Assembly (NCBI RefSeq): GCF_009914755.1
Contig: NC_060928.1
Source: the human T2T-CHM13v2.0 reference genome, Homo sapiens
DNA length: 64,000 nt
Reading direction: 5' to 3' (one strand)
Below the pieces are notes generated by a model. It saw only the letters and a program-made list of their open reading frames with translations, was not told the DNA's origin and ran no database searches. This document shows positions 1-14,538 of the stretch, one piece after another (position 1 is the first letter of the stretch; each line of letters begins with the position of its first letter). Made by a program: the position numbers and the translations under genes.

Positions 1-1492
1 ACTATTTTTAATAACTTGGTATTTTTCAGCCCTTTTTCTATGTAGCCATGTTAATATACTGGTATGTATACAAAAATAGAATTTTTACAAACATAAATAT
101 ATACCTACAGTTTTAGGTAACAAATGAGATCATGTATGTATTTTTTCTTAAACCTGTTTATTGCTTTAAAACTAAAAAGAAGAGATACTAAGTAAGGGTA
201 AGAAGGAAAATAGCATGAAGAGTGGGGAGACACGAAGATGGGCAGATGGCTTGCGTTTATGCTTAAAATACCTTATGAATACATAGGCATATTTCATGTC
301 CATGCCACACAAAGCTTCTTAAATTTAGCAGTGGAAGATTAAGTGTAGGATTTTGGATTTTGATTTCTTTTTTATAGTGTTTTTGTTGCTAATATTAAAA
401 ATGAAACCACAGACAGCTTGGTTTGAGGGGCATTGACTAAATTGTCTTTCCATTTTTATTAGGCAATTGACAAAAAGGACTTATTTCTTTGTGACTTTAT
501 TATAATGGTTGGCTTTGATTTGCAAAAAGTGTGAAGTCGAAGATAGCTTTAGACAAGGAATAGAAAGAAGGTATCTTAATTTTAGTATCCTTTTCACATT
601 CTGTCTGTGCTGTCCAAGGTGATTAGATTTTACAGCCCACTCATGCTGTAAATATCTTTACATGTGGTAAGTCTTACCCTAGCACTTTAGTAACATGCCT
701 CAAACAAAGTATTAAAAGCTTTGAACAAGATGGCATCTAAGTATGATGAGGTTTACTAGCTTTTTAAAAACATGAAACACCTTTTGAAGTGATTTTCAGA
801 AGAAGAAAGATTTGTACTACACAGGAGAGGATTTCAGTGCTGAGTTTAAAAAGAAACTCAGGTTGGAAAGACTTTAGAGGATTTTTCTATGAACTAAGAG
901 ATTAGAGATTGATATCTTGTCAAGCACTTTGTAGAAAAAAGGAAAGGTTATAGAAAGGCAGATAATAGACTGGGCAAGGGGATTAAAAGATGAGGCTAAG
1001 CAACATTTCTTTTATTATACACATAGTCATTAACAAAGAACTAGAGTTCTTGTGAATTATGTTACATTGAAAAAAATTAACAGTTGATTAAGATAAGATC
1101 ATTACCTATTACCTGTAGAGATCAGAAAAAAGATTTAAATAAAACATGTTACAAAAAATCCAAAATTTAAAAATATTTTGGCATTTAGAGACTATTAAAA
1201 AAGAGATAAAGGATACTTTAATACATGTTTAATGAAGGGTTGAGGAAATTGGTATCTTTTCCTAAGGACTTTAAGACTTATGATGGCCTAACCCTCAGAT
1301 GTGTGCAGCGAAAATATTACTTCAGCAGGACAGCATTGACTGATATTTTTCTCTCCTTCATTCTCATAAATGTGGCTAGAGAGACCTTAGTAATTGATAC
1401 CCTCAACATCGACAGTTCTCATTTTACTTATTAATGTTGATCATCATACATACCAGGAGCATTAAAAATGCAATAAACAATTGATTTGAGCT

Positions 1493-1575
1493 TTTTAAAT
1501 AATTTCGACTTTTATTTTACATAAAGAGGATACATATGCAGGTTGTTACATGGGGGTATTGCATGATGCTGTGTT
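1493..1575 (-). mobile_element. Short L1 3'-end fragment (L1PA15/16 or L1PB-like)
   Basis: ttcgacttttattttac...tacatatgcaggttgttacatgggggtattgcatgatgctg matches the reverse complement of an L1 3' terminus. Confidence 0.7.
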
Positions 1576-2144
1576 GTCTGCAAGGTTTTACAAAACAAAT
1601 ACTTGGTGGCTGTTTATTTCTTCCAGCATAAGTCCCCACCTGCTGACCTGCTGCCTGCTATCTTAACACGAATTCTTCATCTGAATGGATGAGCTTTTCA
1701 CAGGTACGGTTACATAAATAAGGAATGTGATACACATTTTTTTATTTAAAATGAAAGATAATATAATTTAAACCAAGAAGCTTTACATTTACTAATCATG
1801 TACTGCTGCTATTCAAATGCCTAAATACAGAGAGGTATCTTTTAAAACTCTAGACTCTACCCTTTTATTGTCTCACCCACTCCCATCCAAGATTCTTTAT
1901 TCCATCCATGCAGGGCTTCATGCATGTGAGTGTACACATCCATTCTCCTCCAGGTGATTTTGACATGAATGCAGCCCATCAACACAACCAAATGAAATCT
2001 ACTGCTTCAATGCTTCAGTAAAGAGTAATCAAAAGAAAAGAGAAATCAAAATATCTGTTTACGATCTTAACTTAGTTCAAACCATTTTTTCACCCTTCTA
2101 AAGCAAGAGTCCTTCTTTCCAGAGACAATATCTTTTTTGTACTT

Positions 2145-2517
2145 TGTAGGGGCTGAATCCTGTCTTTTATTTAATCTTCTTTCCTTGGGCACACGAGTGG
2201 TTGGACATATGATCCAGCCCTATCAAATCTGCTTATCCTACCCCTCTGACCACAAACTCAAAATAAGCCAGTGAGAGTGAGTACTCCCAAGGATTTTCTG
2301 CCAGAGTTCTGAGGAAAGAGAAAGTCTCCTTTTTCCACTGAGGATGTTAAGCTGATAAGATACATCTGGAGCTGAGCAGTTCTATATCTGCCATATTTAG
2401 CCAGTTTGTTTGAGATCTACAGCTCCTAGGTTCAAACATTTCAGAATTTTCTGTTATGCTTATGCTGGTTTGAGTTGGGTTTCTATCATGGGCAAATGAA
2501 AAGGGGCAACAAATACA
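2145..2517 (+). mobile_element. MLT1-family (ERVL-MaLR) solo LTR, old subfamily
   Basis: tg...ca ends; typical MLT1 3' end gctggtttgagttgggtttctatca...aaataca. Confidence 0.65.
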
Positions 2518-3036
2518 TCACACTATATTGGGTAATTACTTAAACTCTGGCTCATTGTCCTCACCTGTAGAATTTGGATAATGGCATCTACCATGCCTAC
2601 GCACCAGAAAGGCAGTGATGGTCAGACCTAACAATTTAGGTGCAAATGATATATTCATCCAGTAATAGGTTATTCAAATGATAAACTTTATATATATGCC
2701 AACAGGATAAATATTTAATTCAGACAATAATATTAACCCAAACGGATTATTCAGTATTATGTAAAAATATCTTGTGTTATATTCTCAATCCTTAGTTATT
2801 TTGTTGTCATATAAATATTGCTCATGAGCAGACAAAGCTAAAACTTCGACCTATTCATATGCCAATAATTAATAGCAATGAATTATTCTTTGTTGGCTTA
2901 CTTAATAGTTCAATGATTTAATAGTTATAATAGTTAATAGCTCTTTCCTCCTATATTGAAATTAAGTTTTAGACTTCCAGTCTCCTAGCACAACATGTAT
3001 CAATGCCTGTCAAGCTTGCCAAACACTTGGAGATCA

Positions 3037-3463
3037 TGTTGCATGGCAGACACAACTGAAACCAATAACTTCACTTATTTGTGTTCAGAGTTCCAAACTA
3101 AGGAATCCAGGAGTGGCCAATCCAGAGATTCATTCCTTATCTTTGACGAACATCTGAACTCCTGGCTCATCCTGTGGAATTCAGGCCATACAGGAGATCA
3201 AGGTCATTTGCTTTGGGTTAAATGAATGTTGCCAGGTGGAGGTTGCTAGAGGGAGAGTGCTATGTGAAAGTGCTGTATAAACTGCTTGCTTTTCACAAAC
3301 AGTAGTGATTCTTTATCCTGTCCAGCCTGCCACAACTGGACCATCCTGTATGTAAGTCCCCTTAATAAATCCTGTGTCTCATTCACTGGCTTCAAGTCTC
3401 TTCCTGGGCCTCTTGAACGTGGTGCCACCTGTATTGAAGTCAACAGAAGTTCAGCACAACACA
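3037..3463 (+). mobile_element. ERV solo LTR (LTR47-like) inserted into a MER5 element
   Basis: tgttg...caacaca ends, TATAAA-like box (gtataaa), aataaa signal, 5-bp TSD gatca/ggtca; MER5-like halves on both sides. Confidence 0.75.
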
Positions 3464-3468
3464 GGTCA

Positions 3469-3570
3469 AAATGAAGATTCTGACTCAGTAGGTCAGGATG
3501 TTCTAACGAGCTCTAGCTGACATGATACGTCAGGGCTGCAGACTAGCTTTGAGCAACAAGGTGCTAGAGA
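3469..3570. mobile_element. MER5 (hAT-Charlie) remnant, right part
   Basis: gattctgactcagtaggtc...ctttgagcaacaaggtgctaga. Confidence 0.6.
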
Positions 3571-4756
3571 AATACCTATAGAACAACAGAGATGCAAGAC
3601 AAATGAGTTGGAAGTTAAAAGATTTAAATTCTTGTCTTAGTTTTCTCATTAAAGAAAAGCTGTGTGACTATGAAAAAAAATGGCTCTCTGAGACTTTTGT
3701 TTGCTCATCCAAGATGAAAATATTGAAATGTATTATACAATAAACATTTGCAAACAGTGGGTATGTAATAAATTACTGACTATCACTGGAAAATACCATA
3801 GAATTCACGTGTTAGGATTTTTAAGGCCCTACTGTTCTAAAGTGGAAAAAGTTGGCACTTACTATCAGGTAACTGTGGTAGAGCTTTCAGATTTCTATTT
3901 AATTTTCACTTTCATGTAATAGTCAATTTGACAAATATATATATAAGATCCTGTCACTTTCAATAAACAAGTGAGCCTATAATTCAATGTGGTTCACAGC
4001 TGGGTGACCTAAAGTTCATGCTGAAAAGACAAGTTGAAATGGTAGGTGAGTGATGAGACACAGTTCTCATCAAGTGGCTTCATGAAAATATATGGTGCAG
4101 TGTGGCTGTCAGTCAAGGTAGCCTCTTAAAGGCAGCCTGAATTAGAATGGTGTATGAATTTACTTTCTATCCCTTGCAGTTCCTCTGCAGAATAGCAAAC
4201 ATATAATTTTAATATAAAACAGACATTCTAGTTCAGAAGTTGTAAGACATAGGTGACCTTTTGAGCCAGAAGACACTGATGTGTACAGAGAGGCAAAATT
4301 ACTTCACCAAGAAATGCACAAAATTTATCAGATTTCAGCCAGGAAATTTTATTCTTTCTTAGTACAAAAGATGTTTGACGTTCTCTTTTGAAGAAACTTA
4401 TACAATGGGAGTGACTTAGTGTATCTCAGACAATGTTGGGGCTATCGATTGATGGGTTTCCTTGTCCCAAGGTAGAAGTTCAGTTGAATTGTTGGTGGAT
4501 CAATCTGATCCAGCCTTTAGGATATGTCTGAAAACCAAAACAATAAGATAGCATTTTTCAGGTTTTTTTTTTTTGTTTGTTTGTTTTAATGATCAACTAA
4601 GTCTATTTTGGCTTTTTTTTTTTTTTAACTCTTCAATGTTCCACTAATGCTTGTTACAACAATTCAAAAAGACTTAATAAAGCCTCAGAAAAGTCAATTT
4701 GGTTAATTTTCCCCCACAAATAAGTAAATGTGATCAGATGTATTTTCACTTAGTGA

Positions 4757-5117
<361 letters not shown>

Positions 5118-8100
5118 TGTTTTTGTTTTTGATTGTTGTGAACCTGAGAATTTTAAGCTAACAGCAACATTTCCATGAAATATATCTCTAAACAAAATAA
5201 ACATATGACAGTGGATTTAAGATCATTACACCATGCTAAGTTTAACACAAATTCTAGCACAGCATCATATGTGTTTAGATGGATAGAGATGGCCAGCCTG
5301 GAGACAACTGCCACATGACTCTGGCAAGGACTTATCCATTTAGCTTTGATGGGCCCTTTAATGCTCACAGAAATCATTCTTCTCCCGCTGGTAGTTTTAG
5401 AGAGAGAGGGAAAATATGCAATTTTCAAAATGTAAGTAGCAATCCAGAGAAGGATTATTAACTGTTACATAGCACAAGTATTTGTGACGTTTTCAAGAAT
5501 CCTCTTAGTTCTGCTATAGGTTGTTTCTTAATCACAATTTTGAAAGTGGGCTATTGAGTCGAAATGGAAGAAATGCTGAAGGAATGAATTTATGATCTAT
5601 GTGGAAACAGCCCTTACATAGCTTAGCATGTGTCAACATATAGAATGCATATATTAATAATTTGATTTAAAATAAATATAAGTATTGTTATTGAAGTACA
5701 AGGATAAATGATGCATATTACCACAATTCTCAGTCCATAAAAATCCAACCCTTTACAGTATTAAAAGCAGCTATATAAAACATTTTTATGTTCTTTTCTC
5801 TACCCTTTTCCTGGAGAGTTATGTTACCTCAAGATTTGAACAGTTTTCTGAAGCATTTGGAAATTTCTTAGTTGAGATAATCCCACTTGGATTCTGCCAC
5901 TTTATCATTATCTTGGGTGGGAAGTAAACATAAGGCAGATAATATGTGAGGCACTTAGCATGATACCTGGCACACGGCCTCCATTGAGCAGTTACAGAAT
6001 TATTTATGGTATGTTACATAATTTCTAAACTCAATATTACAAAATCAGAGACATTTTCATGCATCATAAGATGTCTTTAATCACTAACTTAGAAAAATAG
6101 GTCTTTAGGCCAAACTTCAGAATGGTTGCTAAATATTTAGATTTTTTTAAAAAAACACTAATGAAGAAGCTCAGTCTTTCCCCCTTTTAGCAGACGTGAG
6201 TAATTTTCAAGACAGCTCTAGTGGTAAGAACTGGGGCCTCACTCCTTCAATGCACATGTGCTGAAATGTTCTGTTTCCCAGCTTTATAATTAGAGATTAT
6301 TTCACAATGATTTTCAGTGCAGATAAAATTTAGCTCACTGAAGATATGACAGCCATCATCTCTTATTTTCATTAAACATGCTCTAGAGCGGGTAGTTATA
6401 GAAATAAGATAAGAATTAGCATCTGAAAATTTAAAGACGATTGCAAAATCTTTTCCTTAAAAAATTATGGGTTTCCCTTGGCTTAGCTTTCCAATATAAA
6501 TCAGCATTGCTCCAAGTGACAGCCTCTGGCACCTGATATCTCACATTTTTGAGTGTTTATCTATGTTCATGAAAAAGAAGTCTGATTTCAGTTGTTCCGA
6601 AATGTAAGATGTGTCTCACTTTGGGGATTTAGGGACAATTGGCTAAGTGTGCTTTCAAAGCCCAGGTGCCCCCTACACAACTGACCCATTTTTCCCTCTC
6701 TGTGTCTCAGCATATACGTATCTCCACCACACATGCTCTTCAATGACAACAGTTTCCTGCATCTCTTACCAATCTTTTGCAGTAAAATAAAAACATTTTC
6801 AGAAACCGTTTCTAATTCCATTTAAAAAATAAATAAAACCTTATTGATGTGGGATCATCAAACAAACCAAGTTATTTTCTTTGATATCCACTTACCAAGA
6901 AAATAGGTTGATCCATGTTGACTGGCTTCCATGTTCCTTAGTGGCCCTGTCAGCATTCAGAGACCGTGACAGATTTTGGCTTAGTTTTCTTGGAGCCAAG
7001 CACTGATGCTCTTCCAAAAGAAGGCCTAAGAAGCAAAGGAGGTGCTCTGGAAAGGAAAAGCCTCCAAGATGTAGGTCTACTTTTTATCTGAATTGTTTCC
7101 ATCTCATTGCTGTGATATGCAAGGCTATTCCACGCACATTCCTACCAGGCATGCTTCTGATATGAGTGATCACTAAAGGGAGCTTAAAAATAGAAATGAT
7201 CCTACATTTCATTTGAGTGTCACAATTCCTTCTACTGTCTTCTGGAAAACCAAAAGAATAATCATAGAAACAAAGACATCCCTTTCACTATCTTCTTCCT
7301 CATTAATTTCAGGATAAGGGGTTGCTGAATTGTCCACTAACTTTCCTTTCTCACTTAGAAAATTTATGACTTAGTAGCGGTGTTACTTGGCATTAGACAA
7401 GCCAATCTGAAGGTCATGTGGAGTCAGGGGTGAGTTGGCACAGGTAAGACAAGACAGTGAAGTGCAGAGAGAAGCAAATAAAGCAAATGAGTCAGAAAGA
7501 CAAAGACAGGAGGCCGTTTTGCCCCCAGCAAATAGAGAATGTAAGCTTGGTCGCTGACTTTCTAGTTCCCACTTCTAGCAGCTAATGAGACTTCGCTGTT
7601 TCCTGTCCTGGTAGTCTACAAGATACCACTGCTTCCTTCCAATTGATTCTTCCAAGAATTCATCCAACACATATGAATTGAGTCTGTACTATGTGTTCAG
7701 CATTGTAGCAGGTACTAAGTACATAACAGAGTAATGAAATAGACATGGTAACTAACCATCATCATAGATTTTAGATTGACATGAAAGAGAATCATTGACT
7801 AGGTAATTACACCAAAAAATATGAAAAGGAAAATACAATGTGCTATGAAAGCATGTAGTTTGGGTAGCATAGATCATTATCCCAGTCAGAGGGAGAGATG
7901 GTTGCTGGTTAGTGGGGATCTCTTTGAGACAGCGCCGTGTCAGCTGATACCTGAAGGATGACGGGCAATTGACTAGCTAAAGAGGGAGGGGTGGGTGAAA
8001 ACATTCCAAGCAACAGTAAGAGCTGTGTGAAACTGAGGATTAAAAAATTGGCATTTTGAGGAAATGCCAATATAAGGAAATCTAATATGACCCCCCCGCC

Positions 8101-8329
8101 AAAAAAAAAAAAAAATGAAGAGGGGTCAAAAAAAATGAAGTAAGGGTCAAAACTTGGAAATGTTTTTAAGGATTTTTGATTTTATTATAAAGGCAAGGAT
8201 AAGTTAAATAAGGTTTTTTTTTTTTTTAAAAAGGTGGTGACATAATTAGGTTTGCATTTTGCATCATTTACAAGAAACCACGTCTGTTGCATTAATGAGT
8301 GAGAGAGATGATATTGGCTGGGACTAAAG

Positions 8330-8557
8330 CAGTGGTTCTCACCTGGGAGCAGTATTGCTTCCCAGTGGATATCTGGTAACGTTTGCAGACATTTCTGATT
8401 GTCGTAATTCTAGGGGGAGGGCGGGAAGGTTGCTATTGGCATCTAGTGGATAGAGGGCAGTGATGGTGCTAAACATTCTATGATGCATATGACAGCCTAC
8501 CACAACAAAGAATTCTCTGATCCAAAATGCCAATGGTGCTAAGGTTGAGAAACCATG
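8330..8557. mobile_element. MER20 (hAT-Charlie MITE)
   Basis: cagtggttctca...ttgagaaaccatg termini; internal tgctattggcatctagtggatagaggg. Confidence 0.9.
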
Positions 8558-8929
8558 GAGTAGATTGAAGGTAGTAAAAATGAAGAGAAGCAGCATACTA
8601 GAAAGATAGTTTGGAAATAACATTTGTGATATTTAGTGATTAGACAGAGTGGTCAGGCATAAAGAGCAAAAAAAATTTGACTCTTGGATTTCTAGCTTGA
8701 GCAATTGTTGATTGGTGGTACCATGAACTGATTTAGAGAACAATGTTGGAAGAACAAGGCTGGAAGAAGTAGAGTAGAATAAAGAAGATGAAGAGTGCCA
8801 TTTTGAATATTGTGCCTTTGAGGTACTTTTAAGAGAGTCAAGAGAATTTTCTAACATACATTTACATAAGCAATCCAAGGATTTAGCAGAAAGCACAGGG
8901 TGGAGTTAAGTACGTAAGAGTTGTTATGA

Positions 8930-9015
8930 GGCATAAATTAGATACTTCCTATGAAGAGTTTAGTGTGGTGCCTGGCACATTGTAATTATTCAATAAATGG
9001 TCTTGCTATGTTATT
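8930..9015 (+). mobile_element. MIR 3' fragment
   Basis: gtgcctggcacattgtaattattcaataaatgg. Confidence 0.6.
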
Positions 9016-10164
9016 GAGAGTGTTGGGGAGTAGACTGTAATTGAAGCCAAGAAAGTAAATAAGACTGCCTCAGGAGAAGATGTAAAGTGAAAGAAAAAAG
9101 GATGGATCCCTACACAATACCGAAAGAGAAGCAGCAGGCAGAAGAGCTAGGAACTACAACTGTGCAGTCAGATATGGGGGAAAACAAGGAGTGTGTGTGT
9201 GTATCTCATGAAACAAAGGGAGGGAAGGGTTTCAAGAGGAGTGAGTGATCAATCATATTAAATGCTGCTCTGAGTTCAAGTAGATTGAGAATTATTTTTT
9301 TTCCAAGTAAATTTAGAGATGAGAAAGTCATTGGCGATCTTGGAAAATACTGATTTGGTATAGCAGAGGGAAGAGTAGGAGTGGGTTGGAGAATGAAGAG
9401 AAGAAATTGTAACTTTTCACCAACCTTTGTGAAAGTGCTGGCTGCAAAGGATAAGAGAGTAGAGCTATAACTGGAGCAATATATGGGTGGTTTATCATTA
9501 TTATCATTGTTGTCCAAGATAGGAGACATTTGGCATGTTTAAATGTTAATGCATGACTAAATGTAAACAGAAGAAGGTTGAAGATAAAGAATATAAAGAA
9601 AATAATTTGGGGGGCAAGATTTCCAGGAAGGAAGAAGGAGAATATGGCAAATAATATGACTGTCATAGCCCACATAAACACCTTACTGATTTGTTAATTT
9701 ATTACTTTGTGTAAAGACAGTTGATAAAGACTAAAGTGTGAAGACCCTAAGGAATTAGAAGTGAGAGCATCGCTAAAGAGAATGCTTGTGTGTTTGCTTT
9801 TCTAGGTTTAATAGTATTTGAGTATTAAAGGACATTAGAAGTCTTTTTAGGACTCTCTTCACAGCCAATTTTTGCTTTTATTCACTTTATTAACTTAGGG
9901 CATAATATTGTGTTCTAAATCAATACCTTTCCTATGGGCCTAAGAATGAGAAATAATGAATCCTACTTGTAATTATGAATACATTCACAAATTTATTTGG
10001 TAGTTAGGAGGAACATGACTTTGAAACTTTTCATAATGCAATCAAGAGCTTTATGAGAGTATGTGACACGTGTAAGTAAAGAGAATAGAAAAATCATGGA
10101 TTAAGATCTTCACATTCTGTGGTAACCTGTGGCTTAGCTGTGGGGGAGAGAGATGGAGTATTGG

Positions 10165-10330
10165 GAGTGGATCCCAGCCATGCCACTGACAAGCCATGTG
10201 ACCTTGAGCAAGTTGCCTAATGTCTCTATGTCTCAGTTTCCTGGTCTGAATGAAGGGAATCATAATAGTTTTACATTTATAGCGGTCATCCAGAGGATTA
10301 AATGAGATAATGAATGCAACAGTCCACAAG
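10165..10330 (+). mobile_element. MIR
   Basis: Core tgtgaccttgagcaagttgcctaatgtctctatgtctcagtttcc...gaggattaaatgagataat. Confidence 0.85.
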
Positions 10331-11509
10331 TGATGATTTAATACTATTTTTAGAGTGGACTATTTCTTTGCCAGGTCAGTGAGCTGAACATTCTATTTAT
10401 TTTTATACTCACTGTTTAAATACTCCTAGATTTAATTCATTCTCTTGAATATCTAATATCAATTTAAAATCATGACAATTGGCTTTAATACCTAGAGTAA
10501 TTGAGCAATAAAGCATTCTTCGTCTTGTTTCATAGGGCATTGTCTACCTAAAAGCATCAACCTAAATCCTAAAGATGAGAGGAAAATCAAGTAAGAAGAG
10601 ATAGAAACTGTCTTTGCCTGTCTATTTGGAGTCCTTCCGTTATCGGTTCCGGTGCTCTGACCTCTCATTTATTACATTTTTTCCAATAAGAAAGCACAGA
10701 GATGAAGAAATAAAAGTGCTCTCAATGGAAATATTTTACAAGAAGAAAACCTTAGCTTGGTTCTCTTTGCCATACATTGAATAGCCACTATCTTCCTGTC
10801 ACTCATCTTGGCATTTTATGCTTTTGAGAAAGAAACATGCAGAAGAAAAATGTCAGAAGCAGCAATTATGCAATTGAGCTGATCCACATTTCAAAGGGCC
10901 TGGACAGGGCAAATGCCATGACTCTTCATTGCTCCAGAACCAAAAACTAATTGAGTCAGCTTCACCTCTTTGCTTTGAACATGCCTTGGCTGAAGGTTAA
11001 TCACATTAATTTCTGTGAGTCAATGTTTTGCCCTGTCCTGGAAAAAAAAAACAAAAACTATCAGCCATTTCAATAGTTAGATCCCCATGTGACGATTTTC
11101 AAAATTTCCTGAACCACCAGAATCCTGGCAACTTTGTAGGTATGTTTTGGGTTCTTTTTTCTATGCAACAAATATCGGGCTGTTGAGAGTCTAGAAACTA
11201 TTGCCTTTGCAAATCAGGGTTTCTTAATTGAATTATAGGGAGGACAAGAGAAAATGGGTATTCGAATTGTGAATTAGAATTGTGAATGAATGCTTTTGCC
11301 AACCAGCAGTCACTGAAGTCCAAAATAAAATGAGACCCTAAGCCTTTCTCCCATTTTCCTCTCAAACTAACTTTTTACCTAAAAAAAAATCTGGGCTCAC
11401 ATGTGGTCAGCTCATCACTAGACCAAAAACATAAAAACAAATGCATGCTTTACATGAGATAAAATTTTAACTCATTACAATGCTTAATTACTAAAATGAT
11501 GACAGAGAC

Positions 11510-11620
11510 AAGTACTTCTTAAATTGTAATGTCCATACAAATCACTGGAGATCTTCTTAAATTGCATATGCTGTTTCAGTAAACTTGGAATGGGGCCCAA
11601 TATTCTGATTTTAAACAACT
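11510..11620. mobile_element. MER5A/B fragment
   Basis: aaatcactggagatcttcttaaattgcatatgctgtttcagtaaacttggaatggggccca. Confidence 0.65.
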
Positions 11621-12801
11621 AATTCTATTACCTTTGGATTCAAGTTTTGTACATTGCATTAATTAGTTCACAATAAAATCACTTCTAATAATTTATCTCA
11701 TTATTGCCTAATCTAGTCAAAATTTTGTGATTCAGAATCCAGTTCACAATTTCAGTCCATCAGAGTCATCATAAAAGCAAGTTTTAAAAAGCACATTGAT
11801 GGTCAGCTAATTTTCAACTGACCACGAAGATTATTTAGAGGTATCCAATTACCCAAGTCTTAATTATTAAAAGTTTGCTGAGATGGGTCATTATGATATG
11901 TACATAATTTTATATTTGACTCTTTGCTTTTGATTGTCCTCAGGTGTAAATTTTAACTTTTTAGACTGCAAAATAAAATTTGAGATATAAATTTAGGGTC
12001 TGTTCATATACTACAACATACACATTTTTTATTATGAAGTGATATAAATGATATAAAAGAAACCTGAAAGTCATCATTAGTATAACCTTGCAACTGAGGC
12101 GGAGTAAATATGTAGGCCCGAGTGAAAGCACTGAAGAATCTGATGCATTGCTTTTGGACAAAATCTCTGGAACTAATGGCATTAAGAATAGATAAACAGC
12201 AAAGTCCTAGTTCAAAATATGCCTAGCATCTAACAGTTTAACATACACGAATTCTTAGAGTATTGAACTTAGCTAAATTGCAAGGCTCTGCTCTATTCAC
12301 CAAAATTCTTTGCCAGAGGAGACCGGTAAGAAAAATACTGCCATAGCAGAGCTTTTTAATATGCAGAATATATTTCCCAAAGCCTTTTTCTCTATAGAAT
12401 ATTACAGCCATCCTCACTCTCCATTTTCACTTTGTCCTCCTGTTATACCTGATAAATCCTAACCTTAGATAAACCCAACAGTCTGTCTTCTCAGTGCCTG
12501 CACTCCAGTAGCTGAGACCCTCAAGAGCAAATCACATCACCAGGTTGACTGATAGCACTTTCAATTTCTCATTACAGGTCTCAGCTGAGCTCTAGACATC
12601 CCTTATGATCGTAATACATTGTTCCAATCATTCTGCCCTTCCTTCATACTCCTTAGGAGAACCACCCCACCCATGTCCCCTTCCCTATCAGTGGATGGCC
12701 TTAGTGAAATATGCTTGTAGGTAAGACCGTGAGCTCCAGAAGCAAATTATTTGGGTTTTATTAAGGCTCTGGCAACTTTTATAAATGTAACTTCAGGCAT
12801 A

Positions 12802-14214
12802 GTTTATATATATATAATTTCAACTTTTATTTTAGATTCAGGAAGTACATGTGCATGTTTGTTATATGGGTATATAGCATGACGCTGAGGCTTGGGATGT
12901 GATTAATCCCGTCATCCAGGTAGTGAACATAGTACTCAATAATTAGTTTTCAACACTTGTGCCTGCTCCCTGCCTCCCTTGTAGTAGTTCCCAGTGTCTA
13001 TTGTTGCCATCTCTGTGTCCATGGGTATTCAGTGTTTAGCTCCCACTTATAAGCAAGAACATGTAGTATTTGGTTTTCTGTCCCTGCACTAATTTGCTTA
13101 GGAGAATGGCCTCCAGTTGCATCCATGTTGCTGCAAAGGAAATGATTTTGTTCTTTTATATGACTGCATAGTATTCCATGGTGTATGTGAACCAACAATT
13201 TTTTAATCCAATCCACTGTTAATGGGCACCTAGGTTGATTCCATGTCTTTGCTATTGTGAATAGTGCTGTGATACACACAAGTGCATGTGTCTTTTTGGT
13301 AGAAGGATTTATTTTCTTTTGGACATATATACCCAGTAATGGAATTTCTGGGTCAAATGATAGTTTCAAGTTCTTTGAGAAATCTCCAAACTGCTTTCCA
13401 CAGTGGCTGTACTAATTTACATCCCCACCAACAATGTATAAGCATTCCCTGTTCTCCACGGTCTTACTCACCAGCATCTATTATTTTTTGACTTTTTAGT
13501 AATATACATTTTGACTGGTGTGAGACAGCATCTCATTGTGATTTGGATTTGCATTTCTCTGATGATTAGTGATGTTGAGCATTTTTCATATATTTGTTGT
13601 TCATATGTCTTCTTTTGAAGAGTGTCCATGCTTTTGTCTGCCTTTTTTTTTTGCTTGTTGAATTACATTTATTATAGATTCTGGATATTAGAACTTCTTT
13701 GAATGCATAGTTTGCAAATACTTTCTCTCATTCTTTAGGTTGTCTGTTTACTCTGTTGATAGCTTCTTTTTGCTGTGTTGAAGCGCTTTGGCTTAATTAG
13801 CTCTCATTTGTCAGTTTTTGGTTTTGTTGCAATTGCTTTTGAGGACTTGGTCATACATTATTTCCCAAGGCCCAGGTGCAGAATGGTGTTTCCTAGGTTT
13901 TCTTCTAGGATTCTTATAATTTAAGGCCTTACATTTAAATCTTTAATCCATCTTGAGTTAATTTTGGTATATGGTGAAAGGTATACCATTCTTCTGCATA
14001 CCACTAGCCAGCTATCCCAGCACTATTTACTGAATAGGGAGTCCTTTTCCCATTACTTATTTTTGTTGGATTTGTTGGAGATTAGATGGCAATAGGTGTG
14101 CAGCTTTATTTCTAGGTCCTCTACTCTGTTCCACTGGTCTATGTGTGTGTGTTTGTACCAGTACCATGTTATTTTGGTTACTGTAGCCTTATAGTTTCAA
14201 GTAAGATAATGTGA
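12802..14214 (-). mobile_element. 5'-truncated L1PA16-like LINE-1 inserted in a MIR
   Basis: 3' UTR (tgacgctgaggcttggga...gtagtagttcccagtgtctattgttgccatc) plus ORF2 C-terminus (ORF 12998-13369: [26 protein letters not shown]); flanking aggcata duplication; MIR halves on both sides. Confidence 0.92.
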
Positions 14215-14538
14215 AGGCATACATTTAACAGCTCTGTGCCTCTGTGTCTTATTGGTAAAATAGAGACAATAGTAGCTCCTCTCTCATAAGGTTAGTATAA
14301 ATAGTAAATGAGTCAGTATATGTAAATCTTCCAAAATAATACTTGCAATCAAGAAAAGTTACTATTACCTGTATTCTAATTATATTTTCACAGGAAAAAT
14401 AGAAGTCACCAGGTAGAAATTCCCTTAACTGTCCAACCCCATACCAACAAATCCATCTTCACCTAACTTTCCTTCTTCCCATCTTTTATATTATGCTTCC
14501 CTTGGGGAAAAGTCCACCTCTTCACTTGTGCTCTAGAG

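Larger units (their letters stand above)
7655..9600 (-). mobile_element. L2 LINE, fragmented
   Basis: L2 3' end as reverse complement (ttcatccaacacatatgaattgagtctgtactatgtg) followed by purine-rich degenerate L2 body; interrupted by MER20 and MIR. Confidence 0.75.

Noticed and set aside
1-1490. 3' UTR of an upstream gene (AATAAA near 1139 and 1472)
   Set aside because: AATAAA is frequent in AT-rich DNA, and there is no coding end or other support in the window
7370-7645. Possible ancient LTR fragment
   Set aside because: LTR-like composition, but I could not assign ends or a family
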